64,000 nt of DNA. Source: Marsupella aquatica. Its lineage: Eukaryota > Plantae > Marchantiophyta. Both the position numbers and the translations under genes were made by a program. Below are positions 41,854-54,700 of this stretch, one piece after another. The DNA is taken from NCBI GenBank assembly GCA_973895155.1, contig OZ316891.1:25047899-25111898 (forward strand). The letters are read 5' to 3'. How positions within the stretch are numbered: the first letter of the stretch is position 1; every line of letters begins with the position of its first letter. The notes beneath the pieces are model-generated. The model had not been told where the DNA came from. It did no database searches and worked only from the letters and a program-made list of their open reading frames with translations.

Positions 41854-44753
41854 TTAGCCGTTTCATCCAATTGGTATACATCCTTTACTTCCTCCGGAAT
41901 TGCAGCTAAAAAGGTGGATTCTATTGTAAAGCAGTCCTCGACCTCTTCGTCTTCTTCTTCCAAGTCACCTTCCATTGGTTCTTGCCATAATCCGCTGGGG
42001 GGTACCTCTGGTCCAAAGACACCTTCTTCGGTTAGGTTAGTGAGGCATTCTAACCAACGTACTTCATCGGCTGACTCCAGTCCACTATCGTACCCATCTA
42101 CTTCCCTTATGCTTTTCCTACGGTCATCCTTAGTGTCCCAGGATACCGTGATAGAGGGGGTCCCGAAAGTGAACTACTTTTTACCCCAATCTTCTATTAC
42201 CTCGGCTAGGTACAGCCATGGCCTACCAATCAATAGCCGGAATGACGTAGGATTTACCGGCTTCATTACTACATAGTTAATGCTAAAGAAGATACCTCCT
42301 ATCTCTGTCTTGATGCCGGTTAACACTCCCGTCGGAATGACCTGATATCCATTGGCCATGTTCAACACTCTTCCAGTCATCTCCGGTGTTAGACCCCACC
42401 CTTTTGCTGTTGAATCAATCATAATACATACCCCTGATCCTCCATCGATGGGTACCCGTAGTAATAATTCTCCTTGAATCATTAATGGTAATGCTGGGGC
42501 TCCTTGATCTTCTTCTATCATTAGTACGTCGGATCTGGTTGCTACCTTGGGTAATCTCGGCTTGCCGAGAATAGCCTTCCTTAATTGCTTCCGGAAGTAC
42601 GGGCTATTTTTCAATAGTTGACCTACTATTGCCGAGACTCTAGATTCTAGTACATCTTTAGCCAGGTCATAGGGAACAATCGGCTTCTCTTCTGGTGGTG
42701 TTTCCGTCTTGGATTCGGCCAGTTTTGCCACGCTAGTCTCCACAACTGTTGGGTCTTCCGAAGCAAACAATGCTTTTGCTCGTTTTACATCCTTGGCAAT
42801 GGCTTCGGTATTCTCTAGGGTTTCTAATTCTCTTAGTTGTTCCTTAACACTAGCCGTAACAGAGGGGTAGAACAACTTAGGATGATCTCGATTGAAGTCG
42901 CTATCTTGTGAAGGATTGGTTTCACTGGTGGGCTCATGGCTTACCTGTATTGCCGGAGCCCTCCCTTCTCCTTCTGTTGATGTTGACGAAGAGTCGATCC
43001 TTTCCTCCGTAACCTTCCCTTTATTTTTGGCCAGCCCATCCCACCTTTCCTTCCTTCTGGTAGATCGAGTAGAGACCCGGTAGCAATCATGATCTAAATC
43101 CTCCTCTGAGAAGGTTGATAGGGCTTCGGCCTCATCATCAGATGGTATGAACTCTGCCTCGGCATCCTCTTGCCATCCTAGTTCGATGTGGTTGATTTGA
43201 ACTCCTCCGGGGGTAGTACCTGGCGGTAAGATCTTGATCGGCAAAAGCTTATGATTTGCGGCCAGGCCTGCCAACCAAGTAGGACATTGACCTAGCATAT
43301 GACCTTCCTGTCGGCATCCCATACATAGCTGAGCTGGTTGTCCATCACCCTGTTTGCGTGCATTCGGGCATTCTCTAGCAAAATGGCCAGGTTGACCATA
43401 ATTATAGCACGCCGCAAATCTTTGCACATTCGGCCTAGGAGGTACTGACGGGTTCTGAATAATCCGAGGATACATCTCTCCTGGATTGTTCCTTAACCCT
43501 GACCACAGAGATGCAGGTCTGTTGGATAGGTCTCGTGCTCCAGTCTCACTGATGCCGAAAACACTATCAGCGGCATCTCCCAAAAAGTACTCTACTTCTC
43601 CCTGACATGGTCTGATCTCGGCCACATGCCGAACATGATTAGTATTAAGCTTAGGACACGCATCTTTATGGTGTCCGGTTTTATAACATAAGGCACACCA
43701 TACAGAGCTATCCTCCTGTACTACCTTCTTCTTTGGTTTTACCTCTGCAATGATAGCCTTAAGTTGCTCGGTAAGGGCTACGATGTTATCTGGTGGCTTA
43801 GCCTCCATCTTGACTTTCGTCTTCCCTCTCCTTCTGCCTTTCCTTTTCCTAGTTTTTTCTTCTTCAGAACTAGAAGATGACTCACTCTTGCTACTCCCAC
43901 TATCCGAGCTTGACTTATCACTTCTAGACTTCTTGGAATGTTTCTTCTTCTTATCTTTTTTCTTATGGGGTGATCCCTCCTCTGATGAGGAACTCTCAGA
44001 CTTAAGCTGTTTCTTCCGGCTTGTGATATCTGCATTAATGTATAATTGAATATCCTTAATTGCTTCGGCTAAAGTCTCCGGGTTCTCCTTCCTAATTGCA
44101 AAACTCATCTTCTGTGGCAAAGCATTCACCAACCATTGAAGTTGCATACCTTCAGATGCATTGGTCTTTGTACGTCTTACCAGTTTCTGAAAGCGTTGCA
44201 AGAACTTCCTGAAGGATTTGTTCTCCTTGAACCGAAGTTGTCCCAACTTCAGCACTGCTAGTTCTGAAGTTCCAATGGGTCGAAACTCCTTAACAAAGAG
44301 TGTTTTGAAGATATCCCAGATGGCTTGATCTTCCACATCTAATGCTCTGTACCAAGGCCTAGCCTCACCCTTGAACAGGCCGGGAAGAATCTGCATCTTG
44401 ATGGCCGATTCTCCATTTGCTGCAGCGGTTCCCTCGAAATCATCCAACCATTCGTCCGGATCCTCATCTCCTCTCCCATGAAATGCCTTGTAATGTATGC
44501 GCGACCGCTGGCTCAATCTGGTCCCTGGCCTCTCGTCTGGCCGTGCCTCTGGTTCCCCCATGTCGGTTGGAGACTCACTTCTCCTTACCGACTCTTCTTC
44601 TGGTATGTCTTCTTCGACGCCACTTCCAGTTTCGGAGCTACCAACTCTTTCTGCCCCTCTCAGTCGCTGTGTATCATGCCACCCGGCGAGCTGCTGCAGT
44701 CGAGCTCTCTCCCATTGAATCACTCTTTCTTCCCTCGGCGTAAGGTCAGTCAT
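41760..44753 (-). CDS. gag: gag-protease of element B, with a premature TAG at 42174-42176
   Basis: 859-aa ORF plus an in-frame continuation to 41760; element A has CAG at the stop position. Zinc knuckles and PIDGGS. Confidence 0.92.
41770..41829 (-). promoter_or_regulatory. Putative -1 programmed ribosomal frameshift signal (copy in A at 13895-13954)
   Basis: G GAU UUU in correct phase, 5-nt spacer, perfect 10-bp stem GGCGUUGUGG/CCACAACGCC, and loop GCCGA complementary to a downstream UCGGC. Confidence 0.8.
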
Positions 44754-44800
44754 TACCTACGCTTCCGTTCTAACTTCATATCTCACGGCTTAAGAAATGC

Positions 44801-44818
44801 CCCCTCCATCTAGCGCCA
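44801..44818 (-). promoter_or_regulatory. Primer binding site, element B
   Basis: TGGCGCTAGATGGAGGGG, 4 nt from the 5' LTR. Confidence 0.85.
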
Positions 44819-44822
44819 AAAA

Positions 44823-47800
44823 TGTGGTGCGTCCCATGGCTCCCTAAACCCAAGAAACCCCCCAGCTCAAGCCGATTCCCGCAGGTTTCATGCTTGGCGA
44901 GGCCGTTTCCGCGGCTTAGCGGCATGGAACGCTGCTAACCTTCTACTACTACTATTAACATTTTACACACATATACTGGACAGATCCTTCATCGGGTCAT
45001 GAGATATGTAGCCGGCCTAATATAGGCCTTCCCCTGTCTTCCCCTGTCTTCTTGTTAGGTATGTTTGGATTCCGCCGCCGGAATGATCCCCAATAGGCTT
45101 GGTTAAGCCGCTACGACCTCTCTCAGCTCGACACATCCAACTCTCACTCCCCTGCTTACTTTCCTTCCTTCTGTTGATGTGGGCACTCTTCACACAAGTT
45201 AATGCGACACACAAATAGCAAAATGACTCATTCTGACTGAGTCATACCATGCACTTGCCATACAAACAGTACATCTCATACACAAGTTCTGCGAACTAAG
45301 CCGTGAGGCCAACTCTATTCAGCTCTTAGGCATGAGGAAACATGAATATACACAAGGGTCACTGTATGACTAACCGAGAGCTTCTCGTACTACTTGATCC
45401 CAGCCCGGCTGGTGCAAACTAAAAACTTGCTAAAGAAGAGGCCCTGAGCTCCCCGCTGCCCAGGTACTTATCCTGGTAGTGGATCCGCCATTCTTTGCAT
45501 CGTAAGCCTAATCTACTTGCCCGAATCTACCTATGTACAGCAAGGCAGGAGCACAAGTGTTGCTCCTACCAGTGGGACCGCAATCCCACTAAGCTAAGTG
45601 TCAGGGCCGCTCCTGGTTCTGATCCTAATCCTAAACGTGGAGATCCGCGCCCGCCCTGCCCACTCACGCCTCCTCCCTCCACGTCCGCCCTCCCTAAAAG
45701 GAACGGCGCCCTTGCACCGTCACGACACCGGTGGTGGATCCTCAATGGACGCCCCCAACACTTCCTCCTCAGCCACTGCCGTTGGCCCGCCTACTGACAG
45801 ATTACCTGCCCTTGACCGAGTCAACTCTCCATCGGCCTGACTGGGTCCACCTTCGGCTTCAGCCTCGACACCGGCCTCGGCAATACCCACGGCTTCGGCC
45901 TCAGCCACTCCCACGGCTTCGGCTTCAGCCACTCCCTCGGCTTCGGCCTCCCCTTCCCCTAGGGTAGTTGGATCCTTAGCCGTGACCCTGTCTGGGGTCG
46001 GTGCTGGGTCTACCTCCTTGATCACCACGGCCTGTGAAGTCGTATTACTCCTTGACCCTGAAGGTTTCCGCTTCTTCTTTGTTGGTGGCTCGGCAGCTGG
46101 TCCCTTCCCCTTCCCACTTACTTCCGGCACTGGTGCAGTTGGCGCGGCTTGTCCTTCGGCAATTACCACCCCTGGTAACTGGTTTGTCCCAACGGGAGAT
46201 GGACCTGCTGCAGCTAAGCATTTAAATACTGCGGCTTGTTTCTTCAGCCGCTCTGTTTGGTTGTCGGCCCGCCGCTGTAGGTTCTCCATCTTCCTCGTGA
46301 TTTCCTCCAACTCCTCTTGGGTTTCATCCAGGTCCTTACGTGCCCCCTCCAGCTCGTTTTTGGCCTCCTCCTGCTCCCTGTGGGCTTCCTCCAATTCCTT
46401 CTTCAAGGTAGCCCTCTCCTCCTGGGTTGCTCTTAGCTCCTTGTCGAGCTCTGCAATGATGACAGACTTCATCTGGTTCATCTTGGCGTAAGTCTGTTCG
46501 AGCATCTCGTCCTTCTCCCTTAGGTCGGCCTTGAAGCTGGCCGTCAGGGACGCAAGCTCCTGCTGCAGCGCCATAATCCCTTGATAGGATTTCCCTAACT
46601 CGACCTCCTTCTGCTCAAGGGCTCCGCGGATTTTCTCGAGCTCCCCTTTCAACGCCCATTCCTTTCTTTGGGTCTCCGCCATGGCCCGGCTGTTGGCTGT
46701 TATGTGGGCCTCCTCTGTATTCTTCAGCTCTTGCTTCCACTTCTCCCTCTCTTTGATCGTGTCGGCCAACTCTTCCTGCGTCTGAGTCAGTTTATCCTTG
46801 ATATTCTGATTATCAGCCTGCGCGGTGTCCAACTGCCCCTGCATGATGTTCAGCTCATGTCGTTTAATCCGCAATTCATCTTGGGCTTTCTTGGCCGCCC
46901 TTAGATCTTCAATCTCGGCTTCCATCCTCCTAAGCCGCCGAATGACCTCGTCCTTCTTGCTTCTCTCTAAAGCCACCGCTTCTTCTAATTGGTGCTTCTC
47001 CAACTGCTCCCTATGGAAAAAGGGTCCTACCTCCAACTCCTCTCCAAAGATGCCGAGCGCAAGTTCCCCACACATCTCACCATACTCCATGGCTCTATTC
47101 TTAGCGTAGGTGGAGTAAGTAGAAGTGATCGGCATCGCCCATCGTGGCCTCTGCTCCCAAGCCGTCCTGCGGATCTCTTCAATCGTGGCTAGAGGTTTGC
47201 TTCCTTTTTCGGCTAGCCGCCTGATGTCCTCCGGCCAATCTCCTCCTGGTAAATCCTTTTCCTTAGCCAGGGCGGCCTCTTCCTCCTGCTTGATTCGCTC
47301 CTGAAATTCCTGCACCGTCTGTTTTATGCCGTCAAAGCTCGGGGGAGCAACATCTGGTGGGGGAGACTCAGGGCTACTCTGCTGGTTGGGGTCCCCTCGC
47401 ACTACCCTTGGAAGTGTGGGGACAAACCGGCCACAGGTCCTTACTCCTGGAACGTGATGGTCCGACCCATAGCCGGAATTATCATGGCTGCAGTCCTCCA
47501 CTGCCTCCTCTACCTCTTGGACGTCCGGCTTCTCCCTCTCCTCTTCGTCGATAGGAGCTTCAGGCAATTCTGCCTCAGATTCGGAGCTTGAGGTTCCCAC
47601 GTACATTCGAACACCTGGCTTGGATTCCGGCCTGATTCTCTCCTTGTCTCCAGCAAAGGGGTTTTCTCTTGTGAGCCGGTGTAGGCCTACCTCTGTAGTA
47701 GTGTCCTGCATTGTTGCCGTTGCCGTTGTTGTTGCCGATGCCGATTTCTTTTCTTTCTCCAGTAGTTTCAGCAGACTCTGCATGCCTGGTTGCTGCATCG

Positions 47801-49458
47801 GCAAGTCTTCCTTCCTGGGCCTAAACACCTGCTCGATCGTAGGACTAACAGGTGGTTGAGGCTTCTCAGCCAACGGCCTCGGCGTTGGAGCTTCCTTGGG
47901 TGCCCTTACCTATAGGGGAAGTACCGGGGCAAAAGTCTGACTTCTGGCATACCGGCACAACAGCGGCATGTGATAGCCAAGCCGCGACACGCTCCCCATG
48001 CCGATTACCTGTTGCTCCTCCTTTAAGATCTTCTTCAATTGGTTGAGGAGGTACCCGTTGTAGTCCCGGCTTGGGTCTGGCCTTTCTGCCAGATAGACCT
48101 GTGCCTTGCCGATCTCTGCCCTCGGCAAGTTACAATGCATGGTCACCCGCAAGAAGTCGATCATCTCTCCTATGTGCGGGTTGGTGCAGGTGTTCCGGAA
48201 GAAGCCATTCTTCGTTGATGGCCCGGGGAACGACCGGAACTCCTTGTCAGGCAAGGTCTTCCTGGTATCAACTTTGGTCTTATTGCCTATCGGCAGGCCA
48301 AACACTTCGGCAATTACCTTGGGAGTAAGATAGAAATCCTTCCCATATATCCTCGTGCAATTGGTCTCGGGTTCCCATGACCCCACGAATTCTAATAGGT
48401 CTGACTCCGGTACCTCCGGCTTCAGCCATGGTAATCTTACAAAGGCCTCCAAGCCGGATCCGGCCATGAAGCCTTGGTACTTCTTGGTCTGCATGGCCGT
48501 AAAGCATGCATCCTCCTCCCGTGCAAAATGTAGTTGCACCTCCACCGGTAGGGTTGCCGCCCAGCCCTTCCAGGTGTCATCCCTGGTTGGAATGGCCTTG
48601 ATGGGATCGACCTCCTCCTCTTCGGCTTCTCCCTGCCTCCTGCTCTGCTGCTCGGCTGGCTTCTTTGGTGCCGCCGACCTCGTTCTTTTTGCCGGGGTGG
48701 CTTCATCGTTGACGGCTCCCTTCCTCTTCATCTCTGCTGCCGTGGAGGTTTCTCCTAGCACCGTTGCCCGGGTCCACCTTTCCGTGCTACCCTTTAATTC
48801 CCAGTGTATGTCGTTGCAGTTCTTGATGGCCTCTCGGATGCCGACGACGCTGTCTTTGCAAAACAGAAGATCGTCGAGTTGATTGGAAGTAGGCGTCCAC
48901 AGGAACTCGTCCTTGATGAGTTCGCCTCCTAAGAAAGCCGTCTTCTGCAGCTCCCACAATCGAGCGAGCTCCTGCCGTTCTCGAGCTGCCCTTTCTGATT
49001 CCTCGTCCTCGTAAGTCTTGATGTACTCAGTTGCCCGTTCGAACAGGCATCCCCAGAAATGTGCCGCTTGATTGACGTTGCTCATACCCTCCTTAGGTTG
49101 ATCGTCGGTATCTACTCTCTCCCCGAGTGCTTGCCTAAGCAGCTGACAGTAGTTGGCCTCCCGTAGTCGTCTGCCTAGTTCGTGCTCGCAAATGAGCCAC
49201 CATCTCCTGCAAGCGCTCCTTACCCCTCTCCTCTGCCGGTCCTTCTTCCCGTTGATCCTTCCTAGCCGCCGACGCTTAACGCGCCCTAACCCTAATCGGG
49301 TTTTCACCCTCAGCCTTACCTCCGGCCTCTGCCCGGGTTCCATGGTTGCCCCTAATTGTTTATATTTTCCTTGTTTTGTCACTATACTAAGGTGTTCCTA
49401 GGGTGCCTTCTTGCTTTACCCACTTAACCGGCCGAGTGATTCCTGTCTAGGCATCACA
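44823..49458 (-). repeat. 5' LTR of element B (4636 bp)
   Basis: Differs from the 3' LTR by 9-bp and 15-bp deletions and scattered SNPs. Confidence 0.97.
45720..49382 (-). pseudogene. LTR ORF split by the same TAG stop (47910-47912)
   Basis: 490-aa and 717-aa ORFs, as in the 3' LTR. Confidence 0.9.
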
Positions 49459-49477
49459 GTCACGATGAGAAATTTAC

Positions 49478-50181
49478 CTGTCGATCAGTCTTCGGCGCGT
49501 ACATTGGAACTGACATGACAACATTGTGTGACGAGATGCAATGAAACTTCTTTGAATCTTGACAAGCCGATATAACCTGAGACATCGGATCGTATTCCCC
49601 GTTATGTAAAATGGCCAGCATTCCGTCATCAGATAAAAATGGGTCCATTCCATGAAAGAAAGATGTGGCCAAAGTGTGGTCAGGGACATTCCATTTAGGA
49701 ACTTTTCTATCTAGCAGAGATGGTTTAAGTCCTGTTGGAAGGTAAATGAAACCCGTGTGGACCCCAAACGATCTCTCCTTTCCACCACGCACAATGCCCT
49801 TCTCTCGAAAGCTAGACTTCATGAGATCCTTTCCCCACTTCTCTACACCATTCACCCAGTCAGGCTTCTCCCCTTTGTTAAACATTGAGTCGTAGAATTC
49901 TGAGATGCTAGATTCAACAAGGCAATGCCTTGAAAGTCTACTCTTGAAGTCCCCGACTTCGCGTTGAAGACCTACAGCAGCAGCACTTTCTCGAGAAGAA
50001 GATCCACTTTCAATGGTCCTTTTTCTCTTCTTCCTTATACTGGTAGCATCCACCGGCGCGATCGCCTTCCCTTTGTCGGTGGGAGTAATTGGATCGGATG
50101 GTGCTCCGGTATTGGCTTCTGAAGCCTCTGGGGTGGCATCTATCTTTGTATCTCCGCTCCCCACGGCGTCCGACTTTCTTC
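49478..50181 (-). CDS. MULE accessory gene, exon 3: MTase-like N-terminal half
   Basis: In-frame AG (50182) and GT (49477) boundaries. FIYLPTG...VPKWN...FLSDDGMLAILH occupies the positions of DPPY...WD...LkpgGsi.i in beta-class MTases. Confidence 0.6.
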
Positions 50182-50332
50182 CTGTTCAAGTGGATATCGA
50201 CGTGATACCCGTCAATAAAGAGACAACGACAATGCTAACGCCCAGTGCTGGCCAAACTATCATAAGACTTGGCCTTAAATATACATCTTTCCAAGTAATA
50301 AATACCAATTCAGTTTCTAAAACGTTGACTCT

Positions 50333-50483
50333 CATAACAGCGCCGGGCGCTAACAATGTAACAGATTTGGACTCCCATAGCAGCGCCGGGCACTAACAAT
50401 CTAACAGATTTGGACTCCCATAGCAGCGCCGGGCGCTAACAATGTGACAGATATTGACTGCCATAGCAGCGCCGGGCGCTAAC
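50333..50483. repeat. 43-bp tandem repeat x3.5 in an intron, each unit carrying the AGCGCCNGGCGCT motif
   Basis: CATAGCAGCGCCGGGCGCTAACAATGTAACAGATTTGGACTCC units. Confidence 0.92.
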
Positions 50484-51737
50484 CAAAGGAAACAAATTAT
50501 ACTTACGTTTTTTCCCAGATCTTGTTGATTCACTTGGGGCCGTAGTATCTGCTTTTGCTTTGGCGCGAGGCTTCCTGCTTCGGTCAACATGAACTATTGT
50601 TGTCTCGCATATTGTTTGCAATTCTGTTGTGGATTGATCCACATCATCCGGAATCCCCTGCTTCATGTCAGAAACAACGTTGACTGGGATCTGGGACTTA
50701 GACAGCTTATGGAAAGCATCCTTTTCTCTGTGATCAAAGGGCGAGTCCCATCTATCTGTATCCAGGTACCATGGACAATGGGTTCTCTCCCATTCACTCA
50801 GAGGTCTTGCTGGAAAAATTCCCTCGATAGGATACATAGAATACAATTCAACTAAAGAATTACTCTCCGGTATGACAGTCCACTTGAGGAAGGCGGCGGG
50901 ATACGCCCAGAAGTAATCAGGATTGGTAGCCTCCATGTGATGTAAAAACGGTAGAGATACCGTTTTGCTCGCTTCTGGTTCTTCAAAGAGTAATCCTCTT
51001 TGTCAGGATACTTCGAGGGCCACATTGTATTAAAAAACTTACCCTTGACAGAGTCACCGTATTTCCTAAAATCATTCGTAACTATTTCAATGAGAGATTC
51101 GAATGATTCACATGCCCAATCTTGTAAGCGATTCACGGGAATGGTTTGTTGGACGTCTCGTAGAGCACATTGCAACATCCCCACCGCAATCCCTTCTACA
51201 TTATTCCATGTAATCCAAGTGTGACACCACTGTTTCACTGGATCATCATTGACGCTATTCGGATGGAAGAATTGTCTCTGGAGCTCCGGATTGCAATGTG
51301 CTACAAGCAAAGTACTTCGTAGCTTGGCGTCAAGAGCCAAAACAGCTGTAAAAAGCCTGGCCCGGTCCATGGTACACAACACGGTATCTGGCTTCTTCTC
51401 TTGCTTATTCCTCTCCGTGACAGCATACATCTCTGCGCACGTAGATAGAAAGTCCTCAAACTCTGGACTCAGCAAAGGAGTGATTTTCGAGGTCTTAACT
51501 GCCCATTCCTTGGTTGCTTCATCATAACGGCATGCCTTCTGGAAACCTCCTCGACCGACCAAGGGGTACTGAGGGCCGCAGCGGACTCCATGTCAATCTT
51601 GAACTGGTTCGAATACGACTTAATCTTATCCTGACATAGAATGTACAAAAGAGCCTCCTGAGGCATCTTCTTTGTGTACCAGGATCCTTTTCGCGTCTTC
51701 ACCCTGATCTGCTCAAACTTCTTGTAATTTGCAGGGT

Positions 51738-54700
51738 TGTCATGCCGCTAACCTGGGCCTTAAATCCAGTTTAGTGTCATGGTGCGACCTCGACCACCAG
51801 TAGGGGTGAGGGTTCGGGCAAGGAGGTGTGCAGTGACCTCTATTAGCCCTAAGTCGGGCTAAGTCGATAGACTTACTGGTATAACACCTGCGTAATTCGT
51901 ACTAGTCATAGGTATATTTGTTTTCCATCGCTGGAATATTCCCTCAGTTAGTGACTCGGACTAACTCCCGGCTTGGGGCCTTTCAAGCCATCGACACGAC
52001 AGGATCTTGTGACATACAATGAGTGGCAATCCCTACCATTAGTTCGCACCCGGTACGTCCCTTAAAATGGCGCCTTTACCCAGACAAAGCATACACACAA
52101 CACCAGTTACTTGCGGAAACATTAGGGGGAAAAGACTACATTTATCAGCGAAGCATCAGTTTACATGGTTGACTCGACTTCAAAGGGGGTCAGCAGGCCC
52201 AACGGCAGTCGATGCCCAGTCTCTACGAGGCCCTGCCTCGCACTTGCCCAGCAAGCTCGACTCTGGCTCTCACTCCTTGGTGTGCTCTGACCCTGCTCAG
52301 GCCGGGACTCCCCGTGCCTCACCTTTCTTCTGTTGAGATAACTAAGCCTTCTCCCCGGACCATAGCGGAAGGGGAAGCCTAAATACTACAATCGTGGAGG
52401 AGAGCCGGAGGATACTGCCTTCTGGGATACTACCTACTGACTAAATTACCTACTGACTACTGGCCGCGCCGCACTGACTGGTTGACCGTCAACAACAAGG
52501 TGCCGACCGGGATGGCAGCGGCCAAGCCTACTGACAAATTCTAGTCCATTGATGGACTCCATCCTACGTTGGCTGATCCTAACTGATCCGGCCCTAATTC
52601 TTCTTACTGCCGCTAATCGGCGCCTAATGACAGTCATGCTGCCGTTACGCCTAACCAAAAGATGCCGCTGACTTAACTGCCTCACGCGGCGCCTGCTTCC
52701 ACCCTTTGCTAACCACCCCTTACGTGTGTGCAGTGGTTGGACCAGGGCTGGTCCCCTTGTCGGGACGAGACCTCGAGCCGCCTTGATCAGAGGTGGGCCT
52801 AGGTTTTCTCCGCTGGAGGATGAGCAGGGTAATGCGGTCCTGCAAGGCCTTGTTGTCCCGTACCGCCTCCTCCGCCTCATTTGCAGCTTCATCGGCTTCG
52901 ATCTGGAGCCGCGCTACCTCCAGATTGAGTTGGTCGATGGAGTTGCGATGGATCTGGTCCTGCGCCAACAATTTATCTCGTTCGGCGGAGAGACTAGCCA
53001 CCTGTTGTGCTGCCTGCAAGAATTGTTTGTTGAGGTCGGTCAAGCTGGTAACCCGAGCCGAAGATTCTAAGCGTAATTGAAGCACGGTGTCATCCAGCTT
53101 CTTGAGTTCGGCCTGCGCTCCGCTTAACTCTTGGGTTAGTCCGTCCCTCTGTTCGACGGTGCAGACTAACTCCTCGCGGCGGGTTGTTGCCTCCTCCTCG
53201 AGGTGCTCTACCAGCATATGGAGGCGCCCGATCTCATTCCCCTTCGCCATGAGTTCTTCTTCCAAGCGACTTACGATCCGTGGTTGGTGCTCTAACATGA
53301 AGAAGGCTGGTTGAAATTACGCCGAGACTTGTTGTCCGATGTATGTTGCCAGCTCCCCAGACATAGTCTGGCTAAACTTTTGGACTAGGTCGTAGGCCAT
53401 GGTCCCCGGGGCTACTTGGTAGTCCTCCATCCTCTCGGGTATCGGTGGGTCCTCGGGTGGAGCAACGATCTCCTCTGTAGTCAGCGCTGGGGAGGGGAAG
53501 ATATCTTCAGGTGGTGGAGGGATTGGGGGTGGTTGTACTGCGGGTAGTGGAGGCTCAACAGAAGGGGGCGGCGGAATTTCCACAGGAGGAGGTGGCGGAG
53601 TATTAGTCGGGGCTTCCGGCTTGGGGTTTGCCCGAGGGACGGTAGTCCGCGTGCTCGGGGTTGCCTCCTCCGGGGCGAGGGTGACTTTAGCCGAGGCTGA
53701 GGTGGCCATATTCTTTCCTCAAGCCTCTCGCCGTGCCTTGTACCAGGCGAGGATAATGGCGATATGACTTCCTAAGTAAGTCTTCCCCCCAATAGCCATA
53801 CCACCCTGAGCCCGCTTCAGCTCCCCCAAGAATCTTTGGTAGAAGAATTGGGCCCAGTTTCATCGTTTGTACTGTTCCACCTGCACGATCGTGCAGAGGG
53901 AAATCTCGGATCGTGGCTCAATCATGTGTAGGGTAGTCCGTATGAAGTTAAGCCGCTCCATACAGGTTAAGTTGGTGCATGCCCCTTGCTTGTATCCGTT
54001 GTCCATCTTACCCTCGGGTTTGAAGTGCCGCGGCGTATACTCCTTATCCCGAATTTGGATTTCCACCGGCACTGGCCCGGTTGGTAGGCAGAAGATTTGC
54101 GTTAACCGATGCTCCGTGAGTGATAAGGCCTACCCCGAAACCTTGGTGGTCGACGCGTCAGTGTTGAAATTGGAGATAAACTCACAAATCTTCTTCGGCC
54201 CGGTGGCGCACGGCCTCCAAAGCAAGTGAGCGAACTGCTCCAACTGATGCTCCTTTAGATAGTCCGCATGTTCGAGTTTCTTGATTGCAATCCAGACTAC
54301 TTCGGGGACGCGGATTACCTGTAATAAGTTGGACTTCGGGTTATCCGGGGGCCGTCGGGTCTGGTTGGTCGGGGGGTTTACCGGGGCAGGTGCAGGCGCG
54401 GCGTTGGTCCGCGTTGTTGATTTGGGGGCCGTCGTAGTCCTTGGCCGCTTACGAGGACGCTGTTTGAGTTGCGGACTAGCTTCCTCGGAACCCGAAGAAC
54501 ACTTTGTGTTGATTACTGGACGGACTTGGCACTGGTGGTATCGGGGTAGCCATATCCCAGTTGAAGGTGTTGGAGCTTTCCCCGAGGAACGTAAGATTAC
54601 GCGCCGCTTCCCGTTGTTTGCTGATGTCTTCTTGGCGCTTTTCGGCTGCGATCTGCTGGTCTAGGTACCCTGGAATCTTGTCGAACTCCGCTTGAGTAAG

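Larger units (their letters stand above)
33939..49458 (-). mobile_element. Full-length family-2 Ty3/Gypsy element B (15,520 bp), non-chromovirus
   Basis: GTCAC TSD on both sides; near-identical LTRs; PBS; PPT; gag-PR-RT-RH-INT order; no chromodomain after the integrase. Confidence 0.97.

Noticed and set aside
8827-49458. Four 4.7-kb repeats read as a tandem host gene family or segmental duplication
   Set aside because: TG...CA ends, PBS, PPT and a TSD show that they are LTRs.
50333-50483. CRISPR-like array
   Set aside because: The spacers are near-identical (a tandem repeat), the context is a eukaryotic intron, and there are no cas genes.
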